Source: Candidatus Thorarchaeota archaeon
GTDB lineage: Archaea > Asgardarchaeota > Thorarchaeia > Thorarchaeales > Thorarchaeaceae
NCBI GenBank assembly: GCA_048882325.1
Contig: JBHLRS010000008.1
Location: 2,056 to 66,055, forward strand
Direction: 5' to 3'
DNA: 64,000 nucleotides
Numbering within the stretch: the stretch's first letter is position 1; the number at the start of each line of letters is the position of its first letter. Shown piece by piece: positions 10,572-20,954 of the stretch. A program made the position numbers and the translations under genes. Below the pieces are notes generated by a model that was given only the letters and a program-made list of their open reading frames with translations, made no database searches and was not told the origin of the DNA.

Positions 10572-12329
10572 CTATTCAGAAATTCCTCGTTGTCGTTCAA
10601 AGACTTCAATCAAATCGTCCACTGTTGTGGCTTGAGTTGGGTCTTTATCATCGCGCCATCGTCCAGTGAATCGTGGAAATCGTATAGCAAGTCCACCCTC
10701 TTTGAGTATCTTGCGACCAGCAGGATGGGTGGGACTGAGTGTAATCTCATCACCCAACACCTCAATGACTTCAACGGGCTCAAACCAGACATCAGCATCG
10801 ATGTCAGAAATTACCTTCGGGTTCTTACGTTCCAACTTGTGTTCATCAAGACGCTCCTTGAACTCTGCTAACATCTCATCAGTGAAACCAGTACCAATCT
10901 TGCAAACAGTTGGGTAGGTGTCATTATCAACATCATATGCAGATGCTAAGATTGCCCCATAGAGACCAGCCCTCTTTCCTCGTCCATGAATGGCACCTAC
11001 GATGACGAGGTCAGCTGAATCGGCTAGTCCTTCTGTGTATGACGCCTTCAGTTTAATCCAAAGCCAGCTTCGAGACCCTGCTTGATAGGTTGAGTCATTA
11101 TGAGTGGCCTTTGCAATGACACCTTCATGTCCAGACCCAATAGATTCCTCAAAGATTTCATGAAGCCGTTCTGGATCATCAGTGAGTTCAGCCACCGTGA
11201 GATGTACTCTGTCAGTGGTTTCAACAATCCTCTCCATAAGCCCCCTACGTTTAAGCATCGGAAGTGATGTGACATCCTCACCATCTGAAAAGAGGATATC
11301 AAAGAAGAAAAGAGCAACAGGAACCTCAGCTTGAGTTGCTTCGATGTCGGTCTTTCGTCTTCGACGCATGAGTTCCTGAAAAGGTTTCATCCTTCCAGTG
11401 GAGGGGTCGATTGCTACACACTCACCCTCCATCACGCAAGTTTCAGCTTTGATATGTCTTTGCACAAGCTCTACAACATCGGGATACTGAGCAGTGATTA
11501 CCTCCTGTCTACGGGAATATAGAATGACCTCATTCCCATCCTTGTGGACCTGGACTCGCTCACCATCATACTTGTTCTCGACTAGGACTTTCCCGCCTGC
11601 TTTCTCGATTATCTCTTCTGGACTGGATAATTTCTTTGCTGCCATCATTCTAATCGGGATGCCAACATTCGTTTTGGTTGCTCTTACAGCATCTATGCCT
11701 TTCTCAGCAAGAACCGATGCCACCTTGCCTAAATCACTGCATACATTGAACGCAGCCTCCAAGTCGTTTCGATTCTCCTTATTATCTGTGAAAGCAATAG
11801 CAAGTGCATCAAGAAGACCCATGTGACCAAGTCCCAATCTGAGAGACCCTGTAACCGTTCTGAGAATGTATCGAGCCTCAATTGGTTTTGAGTCTGTTAA
11901 CAAGCCAACCAGTTTAGAAACTTTGATCTTATTACTACCAGATCCAGAAACTTTTGATGCTTGGTCCAAAATGTCATAGACTGTGGACACAGTTAGTTCT
12001 TCAGAAAAGAGTGTAGCTTGGGCACTCTCTTGTAGTAGTGATTCAGCTGTGCTACCGATATCCCCAGTCTTTTGTAGAATCTTTCTCACGTCACTTTCAG
12101 GAACAGATGCAGCGGATGCTACCACTTGAATGGCCATCTTCTCGGCAATTCCAATCTCAGGTTGGCTCTTCCAGTCTGGATGTAACTGTCCAATTGTGAG
12201 GGCAACTAGTTGGCGTACCTCAGATGGGTCAGCTTTTTGTAAGAGCTCGGAGAAAATTCGTATCTTCTCCAGATTTCCACTTGTAGTTTCGACCTCATCA
12301 TATGCTGTAGCCAGGGTCTCATAGAGCAA
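10572..12329 (-). CDS. lig: ATP-dependent DNA ligase
   Basis: KYDGER adenylation motif, EGVIAK, WIKLK, IRFPRF, RDDK. Confidence 0.97.
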   Translation of the reverse strand: MLYETLATAYDEVETTSGNLEKIRIFSELLQKADPSEVRQLVALTIGQLHPDWKSQPEIGIAEKMAIQVVASAASVPESDVRKILQKTGDIGSTAESLLQESAQATLFSEELTVSTVYDILDQASKVSGSGSNKIKVSKLVGLLTDSKPIEARYILRTVTGSLRLGLGHMGLLDALAIAFTDNKENRNDLEAAFNVCSDLGKVASVLAEKGIDAVRATKTNVGIPIRMMAAKKLSSPEEIIEKAGGKVLVENKYDGERVQVHKDGNEVILYSRRQEVITAQYPDVVELVQRHIKAETCVMEGECVAIDPSTGRMKPFQELMRRRRKTDIEATQAEVPVALFFFDILFSDGEDVTSLPMLKRRGLMERIVETTDRVHLTVAELTDDPERLHEIFEESIGSGHEGVIAKATHNDSTYQAGSRSWLWIKLKASYTEGLADSADLVIVGAIHGRGKRAGLYGAILASAYDVDNDTYPTVCKIGTGFTDEMLAEFKERLDEHKLERKNPKVISDIDADVWFEPVEVIEVLGDEITLSPTHPAGRKILKEGGLAIRFPRFTGRWRDDKDPTQATTVDDLIEVFERQRGISE

Positions 12330-12421
12330 AGTTTCACTCCCTGATTTAGTGGCTCACCACATGCTTTATAAACTCAGTCTGGGGCACACCCGCATTCACA
12401 GAGTTATTCGGTGAGCTGAAA

Positions 12422-12670
12422 TTGGGTAGTGTAAGACCTCGATATATTAAGAACGCTGCGAAGAACCTTCTGGCTCTTTATCCAGATACATTCACAGATG
12501 ATTTTGAAACTAACAAGAGACTGGTTGAGCAGCTCACAGATGTTAAGACCAAGAAGGTTAGGAATAGAATCGCAGGCTACCTTGTCAGACTAATTAAAAT
12601 TGGAATCGCTAGGGAAGAGGCTGAAGCTCTCGAACCCGGTGAAGAGGTCACTGATGACATGGAGATGTAG
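12422..12670 (+). CDS. rps17e: 30S ribosomal protein S17e
   Basis: MG.VRP.YIK, F..DFETNK, KKVRNRIAGY. Confidence 0.96.
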   Translation: MGSVRPRYIKNAAKNLLALYPDTFTDDFETNKRLVEQLTDVKTKKVRNRIAGYLVRLIKIGIAREEAEALEPGEEVTDDMEM

Positions 12671-12738
12671 GTTTCAGTCTACATCCCATATTTGTTGGCC
12701 TCAAAGGTATCATAAGGGTGAGTGCATAGACCGTTCCT

Positions 12739-13770
12739 ATGAGTGATTGGAAGAACCTCTTGCTCCGTGGGGACTGCTTGGATGTCATAAGAGAACATCA
12801 AGATGTGCTCAGGCAGCAGGTTCGACTAATTTACATTGATCCACCATTTCTATCTGGTACCAATTACACTCTCAAGACCCGTACTGGGGGAGATAGTCGC
12901 ACAGCAGGTACACTTCACGAAGAGAGGACATATAGCGATAGATGGGAAGGAGGTCTCGAGGAGTATCTCTCCTTCATGAAAATCCGTCTAGAAGCTATGA
13001 GACCTCTACTCAGGGATGATGGCAGTCTTTGGGTGCACATTGACTGGCATGTATCACATTATGTGAAAGTCATCCTAGACGAGATTTTCGGTTATTCGAA
13101 CTTTGTTAATGAGATTGTTTGGAGAAGGACTAACAGTCCGAAGACACAGAGCAAAGGATTTGGTAGTCAACATGATGTCATCCTCCTTTATGCAGCTGAC
13201 TCTTCCAAGTTCAGAACCAAACAGGTCTTCAGAGACCATGATGAGAGGTCTCTGAAACCCTACAGCTATGAGGATGAGAAAGGTAAGTTTCGATTGATTG
13301 AGATTGAAGCGCAGGGAATTCAGCGGACAAGTGACCGTAAGCAGTTTGAGTGGAGAGGAAGAACTGCACCGTACCTCTATAGGAGAGAAACTCTTGATGG
13401 TTGGTGGGATTCTGGTTTGATTTATACAAGCAAGAATGGTCGATATACAAAGAAACAGTACCTTGATGATGTTGCTGGTGTTCCAGTTTCCGATCTATGG
13501 ATTGACATCCATCCAATCCAGGGTTCATCGAAAGAACATACTGGTTTTCTCACTCAAAAGCCTGAGTCACTCCTTGAGCGAGTCATAGAAGCAGCGACAG
13601 ATCCTGAGGATATTGTTGCTGATTTCTTCATGGGATCAGGAACTACGCTTGTTGTTTCTGAGAAGTTGAACAGACGATGGTTTGGGTGCGACATCTCGGA
13701 AACTGCTGTGAAGCTCGCAAGAGAACGTCTTTCAGGTACCAATCAATCCATCCAAATTGGTTCATCATAA
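12739..13770 (+). CDS. Site-specific amino-DNA methyltransferase (N6A/N4C, beta class, Mod-like)
   Basis: Motif IV IYIDPPF precedes motif I DFFMGSGTT; NEIVW, TQKPESLLERVI. Confidence 0.92.
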   Translation: MSDWKNLLLRGDCLDVIREHQDVLRQQVRLIYIDPPFLSGTNYTLKTRTGGDSRTAGTLHEERTYSDRWEGGLEEYLSFMKIRLEAMRPLLRDDGSLWVHIDWHVSHYVKVILDEIFGYSNFVNEIVWRRTNSPKTQSKGFGSQHDVILLYAADSSKFRTKQVFRDHDERSLKPYSYEDEKGKFRLIEIEAQGIQRTSDRKQFEWRGRTAPYLYRRETLDGWWDSGLIYTSKNGRYTKKQYLDDVAGVPVSDLWIDIHPIQGSSKEHTGFLTQKPESLLERVIEAATDPEDIVADFFMGSGTTLVVSEKLNRRWFGCDISETAVKLARERLSGTNQSIQIGSS

Positions 13771-14849
13771 TCAGTGGTTTCCGTGAAGACATCGGCCATT
13801 GCATTCTTGTCCCACCTCCGCAGAAGTAGATACGTTATGATCCAGACAGCCCCCGCGAAAAGGAATGGCGCGTAGATGTACAACGCTACGAAGTAGTAAT
13901 AGTATCCATATGGAGTACCATACCAGAGCATACCTACATAGCCTAACACCAGAACTGGGAGCGCAACAAAGGTGCTAACTCCCATCCGTCTTCCCGCACG
14001 TTTCCTCTTCTCCCACTCACGAATAGCCCAAACAACTGTCTGTGCTTCTTCCTCATTCAATACGCGACCCTCTTCAATCTGCACTTTCGCCACATTAGGA
14101 TGGATACCATACAAACCTTGAACAGCAACGAAAGCAGGCTCATGCCTCCAAAATGTCCCTTTTGTCATTAGAACAAAGATAGCAGGAAACATCGCTATGG
14201 ATAATCCAAGGGACATCAACGAGTAGACTATCATGATGTACCCTATTGGATATCGAATGAGTGAGGCTACCATTGGAACAAGAGTGATATTTGATAGGTA
14301 TGAGATGATTGTGAACAGGATTATTGAACCCACCATATCAGCAATCCACATTGTCTGTGGAACTTTCAGAAGGTGAAATGCGAGCAAAGCCTCTGCACTC
14401 TCAGGACTCTTCAACATGAGATCAAGCATTGGTTCTGATATGATGACTGCGTTGAAAAGAGGGTTGAATGTGGTAGCAATATAGAGATTTCGACTTTGTC
14501 GAATCCAGATGTGTGTTCTTTCAGATATCACAACTTTCTGATGAATCCGTCCGACTATTTCATGAAACTCCGGACTCTCTGAAGGATTGATGAACTTCAT
14601 CCTCAGGAAAAAGAGATAGAAAAGGTGGACAAGAAAACCAACAATCAATGACACGAAAAGTGAAGTTAGGAGATTCAATCTCAGAAAAGGGAGTCCATAC
14701 ATAGGATGTGTAGCAAACGAAAATGCCAATGCTCCAATTAGTGTGATTAGAATAATGAAGCTCCTAGATACAAGTGGGACTCTGGTTCCAAACCACCTGG
14801 CATATCTATCAGAGGATTTCGTCAATCCGCCCAACCAACCCGAGGTCAT
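13743..14849 (-). CDS. Polytopic membrane protein, possibly degenerate M48/M56 peptidase-like
   Basis: About 6 hydrophobic segments; soluble loop AVIISEPMLDL...EALLAFHLLKV resembles the M48 region but lacks HExxH. Confidence 0.5.
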   Translation of the reverse strand: MTSGWLGGLTKSSDRYARWFGTRVPLVSRSFIILITLIGALAFSFATHPMYGLPFLRLNLLTSLFVSLIVGFLVHLFYLFFLRMKFINPSESPEFHEIVGRIHQKVVISERTHIWIRQSRNLYIATTFNPLFNAVIISEPMLDLMLKSPESAEALLAFHLLKVPQTMWIADMVGSIILFTIISYLSNITLVPMVASLIRYPIGYIMIVYSLMSLGLSIAMFPAIFVLMTKGTFWRHEPAFVAVQGLYGIHPNVAKVQIEEGRVLNEEEAQTVVWAIREWEKRKRAGRRMGVSTFVALPVLVLGYVGMLWYGTPYGYYYYFVALYIYAPFLFAGAVWIITYLLLRRWDKNAMADVFTETTDYDEPIWMD

Positions 14850-14930
14850 CCTTGTCTGATGCGTTATAACTTGTTTGATTCAAGTCAAGATTTCGTTCTG
14901 AAAACGAAAGATTCAGTAGTTGCTTTATAG

Positions 14931-16451
14931 ATGAAAGATTTTGTGCAAGCCCTCGGAACAATTACTCGGGATTTTCAGTTCGTATCAACCAGTACAAGAG
15001 AGATACTAAAGGAGACATTGGAAATCTCACCAAACTACCCGGAATTCACGAAAAGACTATGCAGAAGAGCTATGTCAGAATCTGCTAGTGATGAGCTAGT
15101 CCTGCTTGCAATTCAACATTCGTCATACCTCAATTTTGATGAGCTCAAATGGAAAGTTCTCGAAGCGCAAGGTAACAGAACCTTAGTACATCCCTATGTT
15201 CTCGAGATGAAAGCTGTTTCTGAGAGTGACTGGGCCACAGTCTTTGAAGCAATGGAATCTGCAATTGACCAGAGTAAATCAGAGTGGGAATCATTCTTGC
15301 AGCTCCTTCATCTGTACAAGATTGTGTCATTGAACCGAATTGGTAGTCCATTGGAGGAAAGAACACAGAAACGTATTGAGAAGGCAATGGAACTTAACCC
15401 AGCACTTGAGCTATACTCACCAAGATTCTATCTGAATTTAACAACAAGATTGAGATTGGAAGGTGATGTTAGTAAGGCACTATCGATTTGTGAAAGAGGG
15501 TTATCGCAAGCCAATAGAGTCGATGATAGACTGAGCAAAATAACCCTCTTGTGGAAAAAGGCAGAACTAATTGGAGTGTATAGCTTTGGACAGGGTACGA
15601 CAGAAATAGCAAAGCAGATCCTAAGAGACGCCATAGAGCTAAGCGAAAGTATCGATTGCGCAATCTGTCGCGCGGGAATCCTCAGCCTGATTCAAGTCAT
15701 GTGTCATATGCGTGGAGAATACTCAGAAGCCTATGACATAAGCCTCGAGAATTTGAAGGTTCTTGAATCAATTGGAAGACAAGATGACTTTAACATTCAT
15801 AATTTGTCCGCAATATGTAATGAGATGGGAAATGGACGTGAGGCTCTTGAGTGGGCTAATCAGGCTTTAATAGCCTATGATAAAACGCCACTCTTTCGTC
15901 CAATTGCATACCTGGATATTGCTTGGTCACTCATTAATCTAGGTAGGTTGGATGAGGCTGAAGAACAAGTGAGTCTTGCAAGAGAATATCTCTTCCAATC
16001 AGGATATGGGTCCATCATCGCCATTGAGCACATGGTGAGTGGACTCCTCGAACGAGCATGTGGGGAGTATGAAGAGGCCCTCATAAGTCTGGAGAAGGCG
16101 TGGGAAACGAATCTGAAAGAAAATCGTCACAACAGAGCGAACTCATGCTTGATAAAACTCGCAGAGACTGAAATTATGGCATTTGAGCCCACACCTGATA
16201 ATATGCAAGATGAGTCATCGGGTATTTGGCTGACCAGAGTTGAGGAATACGGAGAGAGGATGGATTTACCGGGTGTTATTGCTTTAGCGTTGTTTCTGAA
16301 GAGCGAGCTTAGACTGAAGCAAGGTCGTTTCAGTGAGGCTCAAGAACTTTACAATGAAGTCCAGGAGATGTCAGAATTACCTGGGTTGACATATCTGAAA
16401 GAGAAAGCACATTCTGTGGATCTAATTCTTGGTCAGAGGAAAAGCAAGTAA
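14931..16451 (+). CDS. Tetratricopeptide-repeat protein
   Basis: Repeated 'GxxxEA...A' helical units (RGEYSEAY, MGNGREAL, LGRLDEAE, GEYEEAL, QGRFSEAQ). Confidence 0.8.
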   Translation: MKDFVQALGTITRDFQFVSTSTREILKETLEISPNYPEFTKRLCRRAMSESASDELVLLAIQHSSYLNFDELKWKVLEAQGNRTLVHPYVLEMKAVSESDWATVFEAMESAIDQSKSEWESFLQLLHLYKIVSLNRIGSPLEERTQKRIEKAMELNPALELYSPRFYLNLTTRLRLEGDVSKALSICERGLSQANRVDDRLSKITLLWKKAELIGVYSFGQGTTEIAKQILRDAIELSESIDCAICRAGILSLIQVMCHMRGEYSEAYDISLENLKVLESIGRQDDFNIHNLSAICNEMGNGREALEWANQALIAYDKTPLFRPIAYLDIAWSLINLGRLDEAEEQVSLAREYLFQSGYGSIIAIEHMVSGLLERACGEYEEALISLEKAWETNLKENRHNRANSCLIKLAETEIMAFEPTPDNMQDESSGIWLTRVEEYGERMDLPGVIALALFLKSELRLKQGRFSEAQELYNEVQEMSELPGLTYLKEKAHSVDLILGQRKSK

Positions 16452-16665
16452 AGTCAACGAGATTTCACTTACCAGTTTGAGATATACATTAGCGGTTCAC
16501 AAGTATGACCGGATTTTCTCTATAATCATAATGGCAATCAGGTAAATTACATGTCATATGCTTACCTTAATTAAAGAGGTAGGGCTAGTATGAACGTAGC
16601 TGAAATCAGGAATCAGCAAAGGATGAATGACAGAATATTCCTAATTGCTGATGGAGCTGAAACCC

Positions 16666-16986
16666 ATGAGCAAGAAGAAGAGTATAACAAGAGAGTCACT
16701 AAGAGAGCAAATCATGGGTAAAAGGGAAGACAGTGATTTTGATGTGGAGAGACGAGAGGTCCACGTCATGACTCGCCTAAGTAACAATATTGTGGAAGCT
16801 ATCGATGCACTCGTTACGCTCAATGTCTTCAAAAGCCGCTCAGAGGCTGTTGCAGCCTATACTGAGAATGCAATCATCAACAACGCAGAACTCTATGAGA
16901 ATCTCATCAAGCAGGCGCAAGAGGTCTCGGAAATGAGAGATTCAGCAATGGACTCAATTCTCCAAACGCTCAAGGAGAAGAGATGA
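16666..16986 (+). CDS. Ribbon-helix-helix (CopG/Arc/MetJ-like) DNA-binding protein
   Basis: VHVMTRLSNNIVEAIDALV...FKSRSEAV pattern; start ATG 16666 preceded by GGAG (track start 16645). Confidence 0.7.
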   Translation: MSKKKSITRESLREQIMGKREDSDFDVERREVHVMTRLSNNIVEAIDALVTLNVFKSRSEAVAAYTENAIINNAELYENLIKQAQEVSEMRDSAMDSILQTLKEKR

Positions 16987-17057
16987 GAAAGAGGATTTTT
17001 GCTTTCATTCCCCGTATTATGTCTCAGCTCTTAAATCCCAGAGTAGCTGAATGAAAA

Positions 17058-17789
17058 TCAGAGATTCTTTAGTTTTCTAATTGCGCCCCCTGGTGCAACA
17101 CCCTTTGGACATGCTTTCATGCAGTTCATGACAAGATCACAAAGAGGTGCTCCTTCAGGTTGCGTCGCAGCATTTGCATATCTTTTTGGGTCAGCACTTC
17201 GTGAGTCCTCATGGAAGCGCCAAGCCTTTGCAAGTGCTGCAGGACCAACATACTCATTTTTCTTGGCGTTGACGGGACATGAACCATAACAAAGGGCACA
17301 GAGAATACAGTTGACATAACGTTCGATTTTCTTTCGTTCGTCAGGACTCTGGGTTCTCGGAGTGTCACCATCCTCAGAATCACTCCATAGCTTCATCATT
17401 TCAAGGGCATTATAGAACTTGGTCATGTCCACAATCAGATCCTTCAGGATAGGCATGTTTGGTAATGGTTCAATCAATATCTCCACATCGGGATTCCATC
17501 CGGATGGTGTATCAGAGATCGCTGGGAATGGTTTCAGCTTCATTTCAGAGTTTTTTGCCTCTGCCAATTGAGTTCGACATGCAAGACGTGGCTCTTTGTT
17601 GATCAACATCGAACAGCTCCCACAGACGGCACCTCTACAAGAGTATCTAAATGAGAGAGAGGGGTCCATCCTGTCTTGGATTTGAAAGAGAGCATCCAGA
17701 ACTGTCATTCCTCTCTTTGTGTCGACTTTGTAGAGGTCATAGTGAGTGATAGACCCACCGTTCCTACTTCTAGAAATCCTGAACATCAT
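17058..17789 (-). CDS. sdhB: Succinate dehydrogenase/fumarate reductase iron-sulfur subunit
   Basis: SCRGAVCGSC..LAC [2Fe-2S]; CILCALCYGSCP; CDLVMNCMKACP. Confidence 0.93.
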   Translation of the reverse strand: MMFRISRSRNGGSITHYDLYKVDTKRGMTVLDALFQIQDRMDPSLSFRYSCRGAVCGSCSMLINKEPRLACRTQLAEAKNSEMKLKPFPAISDTPSGWNPDVEILIEPLPNMPILKDLIVDMTKFYNALEMMKLWSDSEDGDTPRTQSPDERKKIERYVNCILCALCYGSCPVNAKKNEYVGPAALAKAWRFHEDSRSADPKRYANAATQPEGAPLCDLVMNCMKACPKGVAPGGAIRKLKNL

Positions 17790-19477
17790 CAGTACGTCCT
17801 CTCCTTCACTTCAAACATACCAACATTCACATCAATCAATTCAGTCTTGATGTAATCTTCAACCATCGTGAAAAGGGAGTGTTTCAAAAAGTTCTCATCA
17901 TCCCTCTCTGGGTAGTCCAGTCTCCAGTGCGCGCCCCTACTCTCTCGTCGCATAAGGGCACCCATAGTGATGACTTCAGCAAGATCTAGCATGTTCTCTA
18001 ATTCTAGTGTCCGGATAAGAGCGAAGTTGAACTTGTCATCACTTCTCCCGACACTGACATTCTTGAATCGTTCCTTCAGCTCTCGAATCATCTTCAATGC
18101 AGCTTCCAGAGCATCTGACTTCCTATAGACTCCAACAAGAACATCCATTGTTTGTCCAAGTGTTTCACGAATGGATCCTGGTGTGTCACCTCCTTCATGT
18201 AGGAGTAGAGTCTGCAGATGTTCTCGCATCTCGAATGCACTTTGTCCGACACATGCACTATCAGGTGATTTGGCTGATGCAGTATACTCTCCTACCTTCT
18301 GTCCAACAACACGACCGAACACCAGGGTTTCAAGCAGAGAGTTCCCACCAAGTCTGTTTGCGCCGTGAACACTCATACATGCAGTTTCACCAACAGCGAA
18401 GAGACCAGACACAGGAGTGATTCCAAACTTGTCTGTGTGGATTCCACCCATTGAGTAGTGCTGAGCAGGTTGTACAGGGATTGGTTCATCGATTGGATCA
18501 ATCCCAGCAAAGTAAATACAGATCTCACGGATGCCCGGAAGACGTTCCATTATCTTCTCCTTTCCAAGATGTCTAAGATCTAGGTGAACGTACTCATCTT
18601 CAAAACCTCTCCCCTCAAGAACTTCTGTTCTAATGGCACGGGCAACAATATCCCTGGGAGCTAGCTCCATCTTCTCAGGGGCATATTTGTCCATGAACCT
18701 TTCACCATCAGCATTAACGAGATAACCACCTTCGCCTCGTGCACCTTCTGTCATTAAAATACTCGAACCAAAAAGGCAAGTAGGATGGAACTGGACGAAC
18801 TCCATGTCTTTTAGGGGGGCTCCAGCTCGCAGAGCCAGAGCACACCCATCCCCTGTGTTAATGAGTGCATTTGTGGAATGACCATATACTCTCCCAAATC
18901 CTCCGGTCGCAAGGACAACAGCCTTGACTTTGAAGCCATGAACCTCTCCACTAGCAAGTTCCAGAGCTGTAATCCCGCAGATCCGGTCATCAGATTTCAC
19001 AAGTGAGGTAACGAACCATTCGTTGTAGAACTTGATTCCTCTTCGAAGAGCTTGTTCGAATGTAGTGTGAAGTAAGTTATGTCCGGTTCTATCTGCAGCA
19101 TAGCAGGTCCTAGGATATGCAGCACCACCAAACGGTCTCTGAGCAATCTTCCCATCTTCCGTACGGGAAAAAGCCGTTCCCCAGCGTTCGTTCTCGATAA
19201 CCGCAGATGGAGCCTCCTTAGCAAGAGTTTCAACCACATCTTGATCCGCAAGATAGTCTGATCCCTTCACAGTGTCAAATGCATGTGACTCCCAAGAGTC
19301 ATCCTCACCAAGAGAGGCATTAATTCCTCCCTGAGCAGCCACAGAGTGAGACCTGATTGGATGGACCTTAGTCACTATTGCTACATCATACTTGTTGCTC
19401 AGTTCAATAGCAACACGTAGTCCAGACAAACCTGCGCCCACGATGATGACATCATGCTCGAAAGATGAAATTGTCAC
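17789..19477 (-). CDS. sdhA: Succinate dehydrogenase/fumarate reductase flavoprotein subunit
   Basis: GAGLSG, RSHSVAAQGG (covalent FAD His), QFHPT, HYSMGG, HGANRLGGNSL, ESRGAH. Confidence 0.95.
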   Translation of the reverse strand: MTISSFEHDVIIVGAGLSGLRVAIELSNKYDVAIVTKVHPIRSHSVAAQGGINASLGEDDSWESHAFDTVKGSDYLADQDVVETLAKEAPSAVIENERWGTAFSRTEDGKIAQRPFGGAAYPRTCYAADRTGHNLLHTTFEQALRRGIKFYNEWFVTSLVKSDDRICGITALELASGEVHGFKVKAVVLATGGFGRVYGHSTNALINTGDGCALALRAGAPLKDMEFVQFHPTCLFGSSILMTEGARGEGGYLVNADGERFMDKYAPEKMELAPRDIVARAIRTEVLEGRGFEDEYVHLDLRHLGKEKIMERLPGIREICIYFAGIDPIDEPIPVQPAQHYSMGGIHTDKFGITPVSGLFAVGETACMSVHGANRLGGNSLLETLVFGRVVGQKVGEYTASAKSPDSACVGQSAFEMREHLQTLLLHEGGDTPGSIRETLGQTMDVLVGVYRKSDALEAALKMIRELKERFKNVSVGRSDDKFNFALIRTLELENMLDLAEVITMGALMRRESRGAHWRLDYPERDDENFLKHSLFTMVEDYIKTELIDVNVGMFEVKERTY

Positions 19478-19532
19478 TCACCTCTGCAAAAGGAAGATAA
19501 CTGCCCGGTTATAACGTGTACGGCTGGATGTG

Positions 19533-20936
19533 TCAGACCATCTTGGTTGGATCGAGAATCTCATCCAAATCGCCATCAATCTCAATACCAGCTTCGAGGA
19601 CAACTTCACGAATGGTCCGACCTGATGAATGAGCCTCCTTAGCAATCTCAGCAGCCTTATCATATCCGATTACAGGCGCTAGTCGAGTAACAATCATCAA
19701 ACTTTGATTCAACTGCTTCTTGATATGTTCCTCATTTACCCTAAGGCCTCTCAAGCAATGTTCTGTGAAAGAGTCGATGCCTCCAGCAAGAAGACGAATA
19801 GACTCGAGCAGGTTCACAATCATAACTGGTTTAGTCACATTAAGGTCCAGAATACTACCAAAGCCTTCAGCAGCGGCAATCGTTGCATCATTCCCAATGA
19901 CCTGCAGGCAGACCTGAATTAGAGCTTCGGACTGGGTTGGGTTGACCTTTCCAGGCATGATTGAAGAGCCAGGTTCATTCGAAGGGAGAATGAGCTCACC
20001 AAGTCCGGCACGTGGACCACTCCCCATCCAGCGAATGTCGTTTGCCATCTTCATGCAGGTGAGTGCGATGTTTCTCAGAGCTGCACTTGCTCTCACTATC
20101 ACACTGTGTGACGATATTCCTTCAGCCTTTAATGAGCTTGTCTTGAATTTCTGTCCCTCAACCATTTTGCTGAGTTCGTTTACAACAATCTTCGCAAAAT
20201 TCTTCGGCGTATTGAGACCTGTCCCGAGTGCAGTTCCACCAATCGGAAGTGTTTGAAGACCTTCTACGGCTGGCGATAGATCTCGCCCAAATGAATGGTC
20301 AATCTGAAACTTGTAAACAGCAAATTCTGTTGAAAGAGGTATAGGAACAGCATCTTGAAGATGAGTTCTTCCAACCTTCACAACACCCTCGAACTCCTCT
20401 ATCTTCTCACCAAGGACTATCCTTAGCCTATCCATCGACCCAACGAGTGTTTGTATTGATGAGAGTGCGGATATTTGCATCGCAGTAGGAATTACATCAT
20501 TGCTAGACTGTGACATATTTACAGTGTCATTTGGATGAACTGGGGAGTTTCTACCTAATGGATGACCTAGAATCTCGTTCGCTCTGTTAGCAAGAACCTC
20601 ATTCATGTTCATGTTCGTCTGGGTACCGGAACCAGTTTGATAGATATCAATCGGAAATTGATCATGATGTTTGCCCTCAAGAACCTCATCAATTGCGGTT
20701 TCAAGTGCATCATAGATTTCTTGAGAGATTAGTTTGGCTGTTCTATTCGCAATCAGACAAGCCTTCTTCACCTGAGCCAAAGCATGAATGAATTCTGGTG
20801 GAAACCTCTTTCCACTAATCTGGAAGTTCATTATAGCTCTCTCAGTGTTGATGCCCCAGTAGACATCAGCAGGAACATCTAGTTCTCCTATCGAGTCTTT
20901 CTCTCTTCTAGTCTTATCCACCTTCGTAGCCTCCAT
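19533..20936 (-). CDS. fumC: Class II fumarate hydratase
   Basis: QTGSGTQTNMN, GRTHLQDA, GSSIMPGKVNP signature. Confidence 0.92.
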   Translation of the reverse strand: MEATKVDKTRREKDSIGELDVPADVYWGINTERAIMNFQISGKRFPPEFIHALAQVKKACLIANRTAKLISQEIYDALETAIDEVLEGKHHDQFPIDIYQTGSGTQTNMNMNEVLANRANEILGHPLGRNSPVHPNDTVNMSQSSNDVIPTAMQISALSSIQTLVGSMDRLRIVLGEKIEEFEGVVKVGRTHLQDAVPIPLSTEFAVYKFQIDHSFGRDLSPAVEGLQTLPIGGTALGTGLNTPKNFAKIVVNELSKMVEGQKFKTSSLKAEGISSHSVIVRASAALRNIALTCMKMANDIRWMGSGPRAGLGELILPSNEPGSSIMPGKVNPTQSEALIQVCLQVIGNDATIAAAEGFGSILDLNVTKPVMIVNLLESIRLLAGGIDSFTEHCLRGLRVNEEHIKKQLNQSLMIVTRLAPVIGYDKAAEIAKEAHSSGRTIREVVLEAGIEIDGDLDEILDPTKMV

Positions 20937-20954
20937 TGAGAGCTGCTGATTCTA

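Noticed and set aside
16590-16721. 43-aa ORF MNVAEIRNQQ... upstream of the RHH gene
   Set aside because: Overlaps the RHH gene in another frame; no homolog or motif seen in the window
17003-17056. Imperfect stem-loop between the convergent RHH and sdhB genes
   Set aside because: Short arms (TTTCATT/AATGAAA, TCAGCT/AGCTGA); at most a terminator, not enough to call an ncRNA or SECIS
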